From positions 1 through 52,821 of the IMG/VR virus record IMGVR_UViG_3300045988_133004: a DNA stretch of 52,821 nucleotides, one strand, 5' to 3'. The translations under genes and the position numbers were made by a program. Positions within the stretch are counted from its first letter, which is position 1. Every line of letters starts with the position of its first letter. The DNA comes from a virus. Shown in pieces: positions 40,452-50,369 of this stretch. Under the pieces are notes generated by a model. The model was not told the origin of the DNA and did not search any database. It worked only from the letters and a program-made list of their open reading frames with translations.

Positions 40452-40810
40452 TAAATATAAACTCATATCTTAGGTATTTTGATAACGATTTAATTGATAT
40501 CAGCAGACGTTTCTATAATAAGGAAACAGGCAGAGAAGAATTAAAAGAACTGTACACTGATGTAAAATGCGATATACAATTAAAAGAAATAGATAATCCA
40601 GATACCAACGCACTAGCTACAGCACCAATTATAACAGTTTTAAAAATATACTGCAACAATGATGTAGATATACAAAATAATGATTATGTAACCGCTTATA
40701 AGAAAGATAACAAAAATAATATCATTGCTACTTATAAAGGAAACAGTGGGCAACCATACAAAGATTTAAGTCGTACGCAATTTATAATGACCATAAAGGA
40801 ACGGTTATAA
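40448..40810 (+). CDS. head closure protein (by position)
   Basis: ATGA coupling. Synteny. Confidence 0.45.
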   Translation: MININSYLRYFDNDLIDISRRFYNKETGREELKELYTDVKCDIQLKEIDNPDTNALATAPIITVLKIYCNNDVDIQNNDYVTAYKKDNKNNIIATYKGNSGQPYKDLSRTQFIMTIKERL

Positions 40811-41262
40811 TGGGTGGTATGGATTTAACACAGATAAGAAGATTTCAGCGGAATTATGAAAAAGCTAAGACTGAATTTAAGGATTGGCTGGCTGATTTCT
40901 TAATAAAAGAGGGGTACAAGGTTGTTAATTTAGCACAGGGTAGAACACCTGTTGATACAGGTGCGTTAAGGGCTAGTTGGGCTGTAGGTAACCAAAAGAT
41001 AAAGAAAGTTGTTGGTGAAGATGGTAAAATTGTTGCAGAAATAGAACAGCAAGCAACAAGAGAAAGCTTAAAAATCGCAGGCAATATATATTATGTAACA
41101 ATATCTAACGGTCAATTCTACGCTTCTTATGTTGAGTATGGAACTGTAAAAAGACGTGCTGAATACATGCTTACACGTTCACTAGATGATATAAGGCGAG
41201 AAATGCCAATAAGATTTAGTAACGAATTTGAAGATTTTATAAAGCGTTTAGGTGGTGCTTAA
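40810..41262 (+). CDS. HK97 gp10 family neck protein
   Basis: RTPVDTGALRASW motif. Confidence 0.7.
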   Translation: MGGMDLTQIRRFQRNYEKAKTEFKDWLADFLIKEGYKVVNLAQGRTPVDTGALRASWAVGNQKIKKVVGEDGKIVAEIEQQATRESLKIAGNIYYVTISNGQFYASYVEYGTVKRRAEYMLTRSLDDIRREMPIRFSNEFEDFIKRLGGA

Positions 41263-41263
41263 T

Positions 41264-41707
41264 ATGGATATAAATTATGATACTGTATTAAATGCTATCT
41301 ATAAACAATTACAAAAACTATATCCAGAATATACTGTATATAAAAATCTTATATCTAATCCTGAATACCCTGATTTTTTTATAAACCAGATATCAGTTGT
41401 TCCTATACCAGATACTAAAAATTTTTGGTGGTTAGACTATTTGTTTGCTATAGAATATAGACATGCAGAAGATTTAACCATAGCAATGAATTTAGAGGAA
41501 ACGCTTGACGAAGTAGGATTTAATTTAAATGAAAACTTGTGGTATTTAGAGGATATAAAAACATGGATTAAAGACCCTAGTATAAACAAGGGCGAAGGTG
41601 TTCTTTCTTTTACTTTTAACGTTAGAATTAGAGTGAGAAAAGAAGAATTAGAAGAATTAATGAGAACTTTAACAATAAACGATAAAGAAAATCAAACGGA
41701 GGTCTAA
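41264..41707 (+). CDS. tail completion/terminator protein (by position)
   Basis: aggtggtg 6 nt before ATG at 41264. Precedes the sheath gene. Confidence 0.45.
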   Translation: MDINYDTVLNAIYKQLQKLYPEYTVYKNLISNPEYPDFFINQISVVPIPDTKNFWWLDYLFAIEYRHAEDLTIAMNLEETLDEVGFNLNENLWYLEDIKTWIKDPSINKGEGVLSFTFNVRIRVRKEELEELMRTLTINDKENQTEV

Positions 41708-41710
41708 TTA

Positions 41711-43105
41711 ATGGCAAGTGCGGGCGGAAGTTGGCAAACACAAAATAAAGTAAGACCAGGGGCTTACATAAACTTTAGTAACGTAGAAACACCGTTGATT
41801 AATGTAGGTGATAGAGGTATTGCCACTGTTGCTATGGAAATGAGCTGGGGTGCAGAAGGTGAATTGATTGACGTTTATTCTTCTGACCTTACAGATGGTA
41901 CAAGCCGTAAAAAAATAGGCTACACAGCAACAGACAAAGAAGAAAGCTTGATTGCAAGAGCTATGCTTTCTAACTGCTACATGGTTAAATTCTATAACCT
42001 TAATTCTGGTGGTGCTAAAGCTACTAAAAAAGATGATACAAGCACACTTACTGCTACTGCTAAATACAATGGTACAGCAGGAAATAAAATAACAATTCAA
42101 GTAACAAAATCAAAAATAAACGAGTCTAAATATACAGTAACTACTTTATGGGACGGCTTGAAAGTTGATATTCAAACTGTAACAGCATTAGAAGAAATTG
42201 CTGATAATGATTATGTTACATTTACCCATGAAGAAGGTTCTATTGCAGAGATTGCAGGAATGCCACTCGAAGGCGGTTCTGATGGAACATACAACAAGTC
42301 TAACTATGATAACTATTTTAATTTATTAAAAACCGCTAAATGGCAATGTATGGCTGTTATTAAAGATGGTTCAAATATTAATGCCACTGCTCAAGAGTTT
42401 ATTCAGCAAATGAGAGATGATGAAGGTCGCAAGGTACAATGTTGTCTTTATGATACCACTGCTGGGAAATATGACTATGAAGGAATTATAAGAAGTGAGC
42501 AAGGATTAAAAAACGTTGCTGATGACGAAGAACTTACTGCTGAACAAGTTCCAGCTTTAGTATGTGGACTTACAGCAGGTGCAAGTATTACACAGAGCAA
42601 CACACATAAAGCATTAACAGATTTCTATGTAGACACTATTGTACCAGAATATACTAATAATGAAATCATTGAAAAACTTGGCGAAGGTGCTTTCTTATTC
42701 TCTAGTAGAGATGATGGTACTGTACAAGTAGAAAAAGATATTAACACTTTTAGAACATATACACCTACAAAATCATACCCATTCTCTAAAAATAAAGTTA
42801 TTCGTGTCATTGATGAAATGAACCAAAGTATCAAAGATGTTTGGGATGTTTCCTATTGTGGTAAAGTTGGCAATAGCGCTACAGGTAGAGATATATTCAA
42901 AGGCGATATTATTAGTTATATTAAAAAGCTTCAAAACATGGGTGCAGTAGATACAGTGTTGAAAGATGGCAGTAATTATGATTTAGTTTCTAACATCAAA
43001 GTAACACGTGGCGAAAATATTGACGCAGTAGTAACTAATATTTATAACTTGCCTGTTATTGACAATATGGATATTCTATACTGTGATGTAGTTATCCAGT
43101 CTTAA
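41711..43105 (+). CDS. contractile tail sheath protein (XkdK-like)
   Basis: N-terminal GGSWQTQNKVRPGAYINF. 464 aa. Followed by the tube gene. Confidence 0.85.
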   Translation: MASAGGSWQTQNKVRPGAYINFSNVETPLINVGDRGIATVAMEMSWGAEGELIDVYSSDLTDGTSRKKIGYTATDKEESLIARAMLSNCYMVKFYNLNSGGAKATKKDDTSTLTATAKYNGTAGNKITIQVTKSKINESKYTVTTLWDGLKVDIQTVTALEEIADNDYVTFTHEEGSIAEIAGMPLEGGSDGTYNKSNYDNYFNLLKTAKWQCMAVIKDGSNINATAQEFIQQMRDDEGRKVQCCLYDTTAGKYDYEGIIRSEQGLKNVADDEELTAEQVPALVCGLTAGASITQSNTHKALTDFYVDTIVPEYTNNEIIEKLGEGAFLFSSRDDGTVQVEKDINTFRTYTPTKSYPFSKNKVIRVIDEMNQSIKDVWDVSYCGKVGNSATGRDIFKGDIISYIKKLQNMGAVDTVLKDGSNYDLVSNIKVTRGENIDAVVTNIYNLPVIDNMDILYCDVVIQS

Positions 43106-43117
43106 GGAGGTTAATCA

Positions 43118-43585
43118 ATGAGTTATTTATTGGCTGGCGATACCGTAAATGGTAGAGAAGGCACAGTTTATGCTACAATAAAAGGTAAAGTATATAACCT
43201 TTTGGAAATTAAGACACTAGAAGCAAAAGTTGAAAAGCAAAAAAGTGATATACCTGTTCTTGGATTTAGAGGCATGCAAACAAAAGCAAAAGGGTATAAA
43301 GGTTCTGGAAGTATTGAAGCGTACTATGTTTCTTCTTTACCTAGACAAACACTTATAGATTATATGAATACTGGTGTTGATACCTATTTTACAATAGTGG
43401 TAACAAATGAAGATAAAACAACGTCTTTGGGCGCTCAACGCATTCAATTAAACAATGTTAATATTGATAGTGCTGTTATTGCAAAAGTTGATGTTGACGC
43501 AGATAACCTTACAGAAAGCTATGACTTTACTTTTGACAGCGCTGAAATATTACAAGCTTTTGACAGACCAGATTATTTTGATTAA
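43118..43585 (+). CDS. tail tube protein (XkdM-like)
   Basis: 155 aa directly after the sheath. REGTVYATIKGKVYNLLEIKTLEAKVEK pattern. Confidence 0.8.
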   Translation: MSYLLAGDTVNGREGTVYATIKGKVYNLLEIKTLEAKVEKQKSDIPVLGFRGMQTKAKGYKGSGSIEAYYVSSLPRQTLIDYMNTGVDTYFTIVVTNEDKTTSLGAQRIQLNNVNIDSAVIAKVDVDADNLTESYDFTFDSAEILQAFDRPDYFD

Positions 43586-43596
43586 GAGGTAAATAA

Positions 43597-43977
43597 ATGA
43601 CTTTAAAAGAATTTTTATTAGGTAGAAATATTACAGATATTGAAGAAGTAACAGTTATTGAAGGTCAAGAACCTTTTAAAATTAAACCTGTTACTAATAA
43701 ACAACTTGACGATATTACCAAACAATGTACAAAAGTAAAAGATGGCGAAGTAATCTTTAATACAAGAAAACAAAATCTTTTATTCATTGTAGATAATTGC
43801 GTTGAGCCAGATTTCAGGGACGCTGAATTTTTAAAACAATTAAATTGCGTAGACCCTATGGAAGCAGTAGAAAAAGTTTTAAAAGCTGGCGAAATCGCTA
43901 CACTCGTTAAGAAAATTTCTGAAATTAGTGGTTTTGATACAGGTATCAATAAAAAAATTAAACTCGCAAAAAACTAA
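43597..43977 (+). CDS. tail assembly chaperone (XkdN-like)
   Basis: Position between tube and tape measure. A7 slippery run near its 3' end. Confidence 0.7.
   Translation: MTLKEFLLGRNITDIEEVTVIEGQEPFKIKPVTNKQLDDITKQCTKVKDGEVIFNTRKQNLLFIVDNCVEPDFRDAEFLKQLNCVDPMEAVEKVLKAGEIATLVKKISEISGFDTGINKKIKLAKN
43951..43957 (+). other. A7 slippery run for programmed -1 frameshifting of the tail chaperone
   Basis: aaaaaaa lies within the last codons of the chaperone. The -1 frame is open from 43953 to 44147. Confidence 0.55.
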
Positions 43978-44147
43978 TAAAGAAAGATGGCGAGGCTGGA
44001 TATTGTATGTATGCAGTTTTAAAACTCCGTTGGAAACCAGCGGAGTTCGTCAATCTTTCTGATGAAGAAAAAGCATTTGTAATAGCTTGTATAGATGAAC
44101 AATTAGAAGCAGATAAAAAAGCTAGTAGAGAAGCCAAAGGGAGGTAA
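43953..44147 (+). CDS. -1 frame extension of the tail assembly chaperone (G-T-type product)
   Basis: Frame translates ..KNLTRKKLIKKDGEAGYCMYAVLKLRWKPAEFVNLSDEEKAFVIACIDEQLEADKKASREAKGR* and ends just before the tape measure gene. Confidence 0.55.
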
Positions 44148-44152
44148 AAACA

Positions 44153-46495
44153 GTGGCTGAAATACGAAGTAGAATAAGCCTTGAGGACGCAATGAGCGGT
44201 CGATTGGGGCAAATATCCAACTCTTTAAATATAATGATTGGACATATGGAAACAGCCAACGCTACAACTAGACAATTAGAAAGTAGCTTAAACAGTGCTA
44301 TCAGTTCCTCCATTACTAGCTCTATTAGCGGTTTATCTCAAGAAATGCAAAGAGTCGCTCAAAATACAGAGGTAATGTCTACCAATATTGAAAGAGCGTT
44401 TACACGTATAAGCAGTGGTGCAAGCAGAGCAACTGAAAACGTAGGAATATTCGGAAGAATGTTTAAAGGCGCTTTCGGTCAATATTTTTTAGCTGAATTG
44501 ATGAGCGAAGCAGTATGGCGAGTAGCCGAAGCATTATTTCAAGTGCCTGGAGCTGTTATCGATTTAGCTGATGAATTTGCAAGTACGCAAGCCAGAATAG
44601 GATTGATAACAGATGACGTACAAGGTTTAAGCGACGCTATATATCAAGCTTCTTTGCGTTCTCGTGGTTCTTATGCAACAATGACCGATACTGTAGCAAA
44701 ACTTGGTTTAACAGCAAGAAACGCTTTTAAATCTACAGAAGAAATAGTTCCATTCGTTGAAAATATTCAAAAATTATTTGCTATCGGTGGCACAGATACT
44801 GAACATCAAAAATTTGCATTAATGCAATTACAACAAGCTTTAGGTAGTGGCAAATTGCAAGGTGATGAGTTTAGGTCAATTGCGGAAAATGCCCCAATGT
44901 TAGAACAAATAATATCTAAATATATGGGTGTTACACAAGGCGAATTAAAAGACCTAGCCAAAGACGGAGAAATAACAGCTAGTATAATGAGAAATGCAAT
45001 ACTTGGCGCTACTGATGAAATAGAAGCTAAGTTTAAAAACATGCCGAGAACTTTTGGGCAAAATATGCAACTATTAGGAACTATAGCATTTAACGCATTT
45101 ACTCCGTTTTGGCAACAATTATCAGCCATAGCAGACTCACCAGCCATGAACAAAGTATTTGACGGATTTTATATGGGTGTTACCTTAGCAGGTCAAGCAC
45201 TAGCTGGACTTGTTAATAATATTAGATGGTTCGTTGGTGTGATAGGGCAAGCTTATACAGCTACTAAAGATTTTATAAATCCTTTTGTAGGTGGTCTTTT
45301 GATTACCATAGGGCTACTTGCTATATTTAAAACTTCTTTAATTGCTGTTAGTGCAATAAGTTTTCTTGCTGGTGGTATTAGAACACTAATAACAATGATA
45401 CAATTATTGCCTACCGCAATATCATTGATAAGAAGTTTAGGATTAGCACAAGCCTTGGCTTCTATGTCTGCTTTGGAAATGTGGGGTTCTTTGATACTAC
45501 CAATAGGCTTAGTATTGGGTGCTATATATCTAATTGTTGACGCTTTTGGAGCTTGGCAAACTGTAGCAGAATACGCATTATCTTTTCTTATAGGTGCATT
45601 AATGACTGCTTTTTATACTGTTACTGTGCTAGCTGGTGCTTGGCTAGTTTGGAACGGATTAAAATTTATAGGTACTTTATATGAACTAGCTTATGCTGGT
45701 GCTGTTCTAGTTACAAATAGTTATTTAGCAGTTATGTATATTAGAACTTTAGCAGTAGCTGGTGCGCAGGCTGTTTTAAACGCTATTGTTAGTATGAACC
45801 CTTTACCTTTATTCATAATGCTTGTATTTTTAGTAATAAGTGCTTTTGTTGGTTGGCAAGTATCAAGTAACGGTTTAAAAAACACACTTATTAGTGTATT
45901 TTCTGAAATAGCTGGTGCTATTGCTAGTGCTGTTAATTTTATGATAGATAATATAAATAGTCTTATAGACGCTATAAACACAGCAAAAGAAGCGTCAAAC
46001 GAATACTTTGGAACAAGCTTTTCAGCTACGGGTAAAATAACGTGGAGAGCTAATGAAGATAATTGGAGAAAAAAAGGTGCTAGTATAGGTGAAGCTGTAG
46101 GAAGTTTTGCAGAAGACCCAATAGGAACTGTACAAAGAAAGCTAGACGAATTAAGAGAAAAGATGAACCCTTCTGGTGGTGGTTATGGTGGTGGAGCAAT
46201 ACCACCAATGGATAGTTTAGGCGGTGCAGGAAAAGAAGGAAAAGCACCTAAACCTGTAAAAGTTAAAGGTGGAAAACTAGACAAAGACCAACAAATAACA
46301 CTAGCAGAAGAAAATTTGCAGTTAATAACAGACCTAGCGAGAAAAGAAGTAATATTAAATTATCAACAACTTACCCCACAGGTAACAATTACAATGGGTG
46401 ATATAAGAGAAACGGCAGATGTTGATACTGTTATAGATAGATTAGAAACACGATTAACCGAACTTTACGACGGCAGTTTGCAAGGTGGTGTTTAA
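44153..46495 (+). CDS. tail tape measure protein
   Basis: 780 aa. GTG start after gggagg. Long helical and hydrophobic central region. Expected position. Confidence 0.85.
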   Translation: MAEIRSRISLEDAMSGRLGQISNSLNIMIGHMETANATTRQLESSLNSAISSSITSSISGLSQEMQRVAQNTEVMSTNIERAFTRISSGASRATENVGIFGRMFKGAFGQYFLAELMSEAVWRVAEALFQVPGAVIDLADEFASTQARIGLITDDVQGLSDAIYQASLRSRGSYATMTDTVAKLGLTARNAFKSTEEIVPFVENIQKLFAIGGTDTEHQKFALMQLQQALGSGKLQGDEFRSIAENAPMLEQIISKYMGVTQGELKDLAKDGEITASIMRNAILGATDEIEAKFKNMPRTFGQNMQLLGTIAFNAFTPFWQQLSAIADSPAMNKVFDGFYMGVTLAGQALAGLVNNIRWFVGVIGQAYTATKDFINPFVGGLLITIGLLAIFKTSLIAVSAISFLAGGIRTLITMIQLLPTAISLIRSLGLAQALASMSALEMWGSLILPIGLVLGAIYLIVDAFGAWQTVAEYALSFLIGALMTAFYTVTVLAGAWLVWNGLKFIGTLYELAYAGAVLVTNSYLAVMYIRTLAVAGAQAVLNAIVSMNPLPLFIMLVFLVISAFVGWQVSSNGLKNTLISVFSEIAGAIASAVNFMIDNINSLIDAINTAKEASNEYFGTSFSATGKITWRANEDNWRKKGASIGEAVGSFAEDPIGTVQRKLDELREKMNPSGGGYGGGAIPPMDSLGGAGKEGKAPKPVKVKGGKLDKDQQITLAEENLQLITDLARKEVILNYQQLTPQVTITMGDIRETADVDTVIDRLETRLTELYDGSLQGGV

Positions 46496-47389
46496 ATGGG
46501 ATTTATAGGGAATATAGGCAACATAGGAAACACTGTCGAAGGCTTAGGAAATAGCTTGAGCGGTTTAGGTAGTAATATCGGCAATACAATATTAAGTGCT
46601 ATAGGCGGAGCAGGTACTTCAATAGTAAATATGTATATCGGTTCAAAGTCGGAAATTGATATATATTTCGAAAGTGAGCTAGGCTCTATTAAAATACCTG
46701 TAAATCCTGCCGACTTGACAATACCTTATAAGTATGCTAATAAGACAGAGGAAATAGTGGCACTAGGTGAGATTAATGTTTTAGGAAATCCAAAACTTGC
46801 AGATATAACAATAGAAAGTTATTTTCCTAAGCAGGGACTATTACAATTTATAAATGGTCAAGGAATTAATTATCCTCCAGAATATTTTTTTGGCTTCTTT
46901 AAGGATACAGCAGATAATAAAAAAATCATGAAGATGACAGTTACTAGACTAGATATATCTATGTTGGTATCTATAGAAAGTATTGAGCGTAAGAACGAAG
47001 CTGGCGACCATGACGATATATATTACACTTTAAAAATAAAAGAGTTTAAGCCTTTCGGTGCTGTTAAGTTAGATTTTGAAAAAGACGAAAACGGAAATAT
47101 TAAAACAGCAGATGATGGCTCATGGATTGTAAAAAGTCAAAACGTTGTCAAACAAAATGATGATATGTTGACTGGTGAAAAAGTTATCCCTAGCGAGGTA
47201 AAATCTACAGAGGATAATCTTGCAACGGCAAGCAGAAAATATACAGGAAAGTTTGACAACTGGAAAGATATATTTGAAGCTAACAAAGACAAAATGGGCG
47301 ACGGACTTGAAGATATTATAGGTTATGACTTAAAAATACCTAGCGACTTAAGAACGGCAATTAAGAATAATACAGATTGGAGAATGTAA
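46496..47389 (+). CDS. XkdP-like tail protein (degenerate LysM-like C-terminus)
   Basis: Synteny after the tape measure gene. Gly-rich N-terminus (IGNIGNIGN). Confidence 0.5.
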   Translation: MGFIGNIGNIGNTVEGLGNSLSGLGSNIGNTILSAIGGAGTSIVNMYIGSKSEIDIYFESELGSIKIPVNPADLTIPYKYANKTEEIVALGEINVLGNPKLADITIESYFPKQGLLQFINGQGINYPPEYFFGFFKDTADNKKIMKMTVTRLDISMLVSIESIERKNEAGDHDDIYYTLKIKEFKPFGAVKLDFEKDENGNIKTADDGSWIVKSQNVVKQNDDMLTGEKVIPSEVKSTEDNLATASRKYTGKFDNWKDIFEANKDKMGDGLEDIIGYDLKIPSDLRTAIKNNTDWRM

Positions 47390-47390
47390 A

Positions 47391-48458
47391 ATGCTACAGA
47401 TGTTACTACAAAATAGCGAAAATGGCGACGTATTTGATATAACGTCTGTAGTGTCAGATATCCAAATAACTACAGAAATTGAAGGTCAAGCAGGTAAGCT
47501 CACCTTCTTCACTCTAAAAGATGATGTTTTAAAAATATCTAGTGGTAGCAGATTACAAGTTAAATGGGGATATAAAGGCATATTCTTTGGATATGTCTTT
47601 AATACCCAAACGGATAAAAAAGGAAACATAAAAGTAACAGCTTACGACCAGTTAAGATATCTTAAAAATACAGATTTCTATATCAATAAAGGTGAAACAT
47701 TAGCACAGACGTTTCAAAAAGAATGTACTAAATTTAACCTACAATACAGTATAGAAGAAGATAGTCAATATGTTGTACCTCCTAAGTTATTTGATGGGAA
47801 AAGCATATATGATATACTTAAATATTCTGTAGAAGCCAACTTAAGAGGTAAAAAGAAGTATTATATAATTTATGATGACTACGGAACTATAAAGCTTAAT
47901 AACATTGAAAACTTAAGAACAGGTTATGTTATCGGTGATTACTCTATGGCAACAGATTATAGATATAGTAAATCTATAGATAAAGATACTTACAATCAGA
48001 TTTTACTATTTACAGAAAGTAAAGACGATAGCGGACGTATTATTTCTAATCAGCAGATAGCAAAAGATAGCGACAACCAAAAGCGTTGGGGTGTTCTTCA
48101 ATTATCAAAAAAAGTTAACGAAAAAGCTACACAGCAAGAAATTACAGACTTTGCGAAAAACTTATTAAGCCTATATAACAGAGAAAGAGAAACATTGACT
48201 ATAAATGCAATAGCGATACCGAATGATAATGATGTATGGGATATAAGAGCAGGAGCAGGCATATTTATTGATATATCTTCTGCTTTAGGTGATATAGGTA
48301 CAACGCAAACAACAGATAAAGAAGGAAAAACAGCAACTAAAAGAGAAATGTATATAATAAGTAGATGTACGCACGCTCTTAAAAATGAAAATTACCATAC
48401 TTTAAGACTTGATATAATAAAAGAAACAATGACACCGCAAGAAAAGGCAGGTGGATAA
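47391..48458 (+). CDS. XkdQ/YqbQ-like tail protein (late control D-like)
   Basis: N-terminal ..DVFDITSVVSDIQITTEIEGQAGKLTF.. pattern. Synteny. Confidence 0.7.
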   Translation: MLQMLLQNSENGDVFDITSVVSDIQITTEIEGQAGKLTFFTLKDDVLKISSGSRLQVKWGYKGIFFGYVFNTQTDKKGNIKVTAYDQLRYLKNTDFYINKGETLAQTFQKECTKFNLQYSIEEDSQYVVPPKLFDGKSIYDILKYSVEANLRGKKKYYIIYDDYGTIKLNNIENLRTGYVIGDYSMATDYRYSKSIDKDTYNQILLFTESKDDSGRIISNQQIAKDSDNQKRWGVLQLSKKVNEKATQQEITDFAKNLLSLYNRERETLTINAIAIPNDNDVWDIRAGAGIFIDISSALGDIGTTQTTDKEGKTATKREMYIISRCTHALKNENYHTLRLDIIKETMTPQEKAGG

Positions 48459-48822
48459 GATGGCTACATTAATTGAGCTTATGGGTAAAATAGCAAGCGA
48501 CAAAAATCCACAATCTGAAAAATCAAGTATAGTTTACGCTACAGTAACAAGCTCTAACCCAATAGAAATATTAATTGATGGGTATAGTGAAAATATCCCT
48601 CAAGACTTTATTATAATAGGTGCTTTATGTAGAAGATATGTATTGCCAAAACCACATAAACATAATGATATAGCGCCTGATACACCTCAAACAGATACCG
48701 AAACGGAAGAAATAGAAGTGTGGAGAGGGCTTCAAAGTGGCGATAGAGTAATTTGCTTTAAAATGAACGAAGGTCAATTATACTATATAATTCAACGTGT
48801 AGAAATGGAGGGCTTTAGATGA
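48451..48822 (+). CDS. XkdR-like (DUF2577) baseplate protein
   Basis: Synteny and size. Confidence 0.55.
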   Translation: MDKMATLIELMGKIASDKNPQSEKSSIVYATVTSSNPIEILIDGYSENIPQDFIIIGALCRRYVLPKPHKHNDIAPDTPQTDTETEEIEVWRGLQSGDRVICFKMNEGQLYYIIQRVEMEGFR

Positions 48823-49223
48823 TACCAGAAATACAAAATATTTCATTTCCTAGACAAACAGCACAGCCCTCTAAAACTTACAAGATTGATACAGTCAGTG
48901 GAAGATTAGTAAGCAAAATAGATGGTAAAGAAGCAATACGGCAAGCAGTAGATAAAATATTAATAACCGAACGTTACGCATGGTTGATATATGATTGGAA
49001 TTATGGTATTGGTCTTGATAAATATATCGGAAAAGATTTTGCTTACATAAAAGCAGATATAAAGAAAAATGCTGAAAATGCTATATTATATGATGATAGG
49101 GTTTTATCTATAAATAGCGTTGATGTTATTAAAATCGGTATAGACAGTATGTATATAAGATATAATATTAGTACGACAGATGGAGAAATAACAAGTACAG
49201 TAAAAATAGCAGGGGAGGAATAA
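48819..49223 (+). CDS. XkdS-like (DUF2634, gp25/W-like) baseplate protein
   Basis: YKIDTVSGRLVSKIDGKEAIRQAVDKILITERYAWLIYDWNYG matches the family core. Confidence 0.7.
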   Translation: MIPEIQNISFPRQTAQPSKTYKIDTVSGRLVSKIDGKEAIRQAVDKILITERYAWLIYDWNYGIGLDKYIGKDFAYIKADIKKNAENAILYDDRVLSINSVDVIKIGIDSMYIRYNISTTDGEITSTVKIAGEE

Positions 49224-49226
49224 TTT

Positions 49227-50369
49227 TTGGCTTATGAATGGGAATACCTTGATAGTAGTCAGTATACGTTTGATGGCTTAATGCAACAATGCTTAGCACG
49301 TATTCCAGATGATTTTGACAAGCGTCAAGGCTCGGTTATTTACGACGCTATAGCACCTTGTATAGTTGAAATAGCTAAAAATTACCAACAATTACAGCTA
49401 TTTTATATGAATACGTATTTAATGACAGCTAGTGGCAACAGCTTAGATTATAGGTGCTATGATTATGGAATAGACAGACTACAACCAACCTACGCTCAAA
49501 GATTGGCTAAATGTTTAGATAAAGACGCACAACCAACAGATATTGAAATTGGTACAAGATACAGCACAATTTCAGACATTTCACCTATTTATTATAAATG
49601 TACTGAAAAGCTAGATACAGGAAGTTTTGTACTAGAATGTGAAACAGAAGGAACAGTAGGCAATGAATACGTAGGCGAGCTTTTACCTATAGAGTATAAT
49701 AAAAATCTAGGTAGTATTGTTATAAGTACAATTTATAAACCTGCCAGAGATTTAGAGACGGACGACGAATTAAGAGAAAGAACGCTTGAATGGTTAAGAA
49801 ATAAACCTTTTGGCGGTAATGTTCAAGACTATGTTAACTGGTGTACAGAATATGACGGCATTGGTCAAGTTCAAGTTCATCCTACTTGGAACGGCGGTGG
49901 TACTGTTAAATTATCTATTATAGACCCTTCAAATAATACTTGCTCTCCAGAATTTATTGAGCAAGTAAAAGAATATTTTGACCCAGAACCTTATGCAACA
50001 GGATTAGGGCAAGCACCAATAGGGCATAATGTAACAGTAGTAACAGCTACAGAAAAAGAAATAAATATTTCTGCTGATGTAATGTCAGATGAAACGTATG
50101 AGCAAGGACAAATTAAAGAGCCATGTAAACAAGCTATTCAAGGCTATATTGATGAACTACGTTCGGAATGGGGAAAAAGGGACAGATTAAATAAATACTC
50201 TTTAACTGTTGCAATATTTAAAATAATAGTAGCTTTAAATACAGTTAGTGGGATAATAAACGTTACAAATGTAACAATAAATGGAGAAAGTACAGATTTA
50301 GAACTTACGGAAGATAAACTTAAACAAGAATTACCAAAATTAGGCGAGGTTACAATAAATGCTACATGA
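49227..50369 (+). CDS. baseplate J-like protein (XkdT-like)
   Basis: TTG start after ggggagg. 380 aa. Synteny. Confidence 0.75.
   Translation: MAYEWEYLDSSQYTFDGLMQQCLARIPDDFDKRQGSVIYDAIAPCIVEIAKNYQQLQLFYMNTYLMTASGNSLDYRCYDYGIDRLQPTYAQRLAKCLDKDAQPTDIEIGTRYSTISDISPIYYKCTEKLDTGSFVLECETEGTVGNEYVGELLPIEYNKNLGSIVISTIYKPARDLETDDELRERTLEWLRNKPFGGNVQDYVNWCTEYDGIGQVQVHPTWNGGGTVKLSIIDPSNNTCSPEFIEQVKEYFDPEPYATGLGQAPIGHNVTVVTATEKEINISADVMSDETYEQGQIKEPCKQAIQGYIDELRSEWGKRDRLNKYSLTVAIFKIIVALNTVSGIINVTNVTINGESTDLELTEDKLKQELPKLGEVTINAT

Noticed and set aside
41708-42100. Antisense ORFs inside well-supported genes: 41708..42100, 535..798, 800..1126, 1880..2149, 2462..2740, 4675..5017, 7702..7995, 12580..13391 (+), 14198..14446, 34760..35624 (-), 36371..36673, 38060..39155 (-), 43665..44313 (-), 44806..45153, 45721..45981, 52409..52617
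   Set aside because: Each overlaps a longer ORF on the opposite strand that has RBS, synteny or motif support. Their translations are low-complexity (Ser/Phe/Leu/Ile-rich), as expected for antisense frames in AT-rich DNA.
44055-44075. ctgatga...gaaa string resembling a hammerhead ribozyme core
   Set aside because: It lies within the coding -1 extension of the tail chaperone. No stems I-III can be drawn around it, so it is a chance match.
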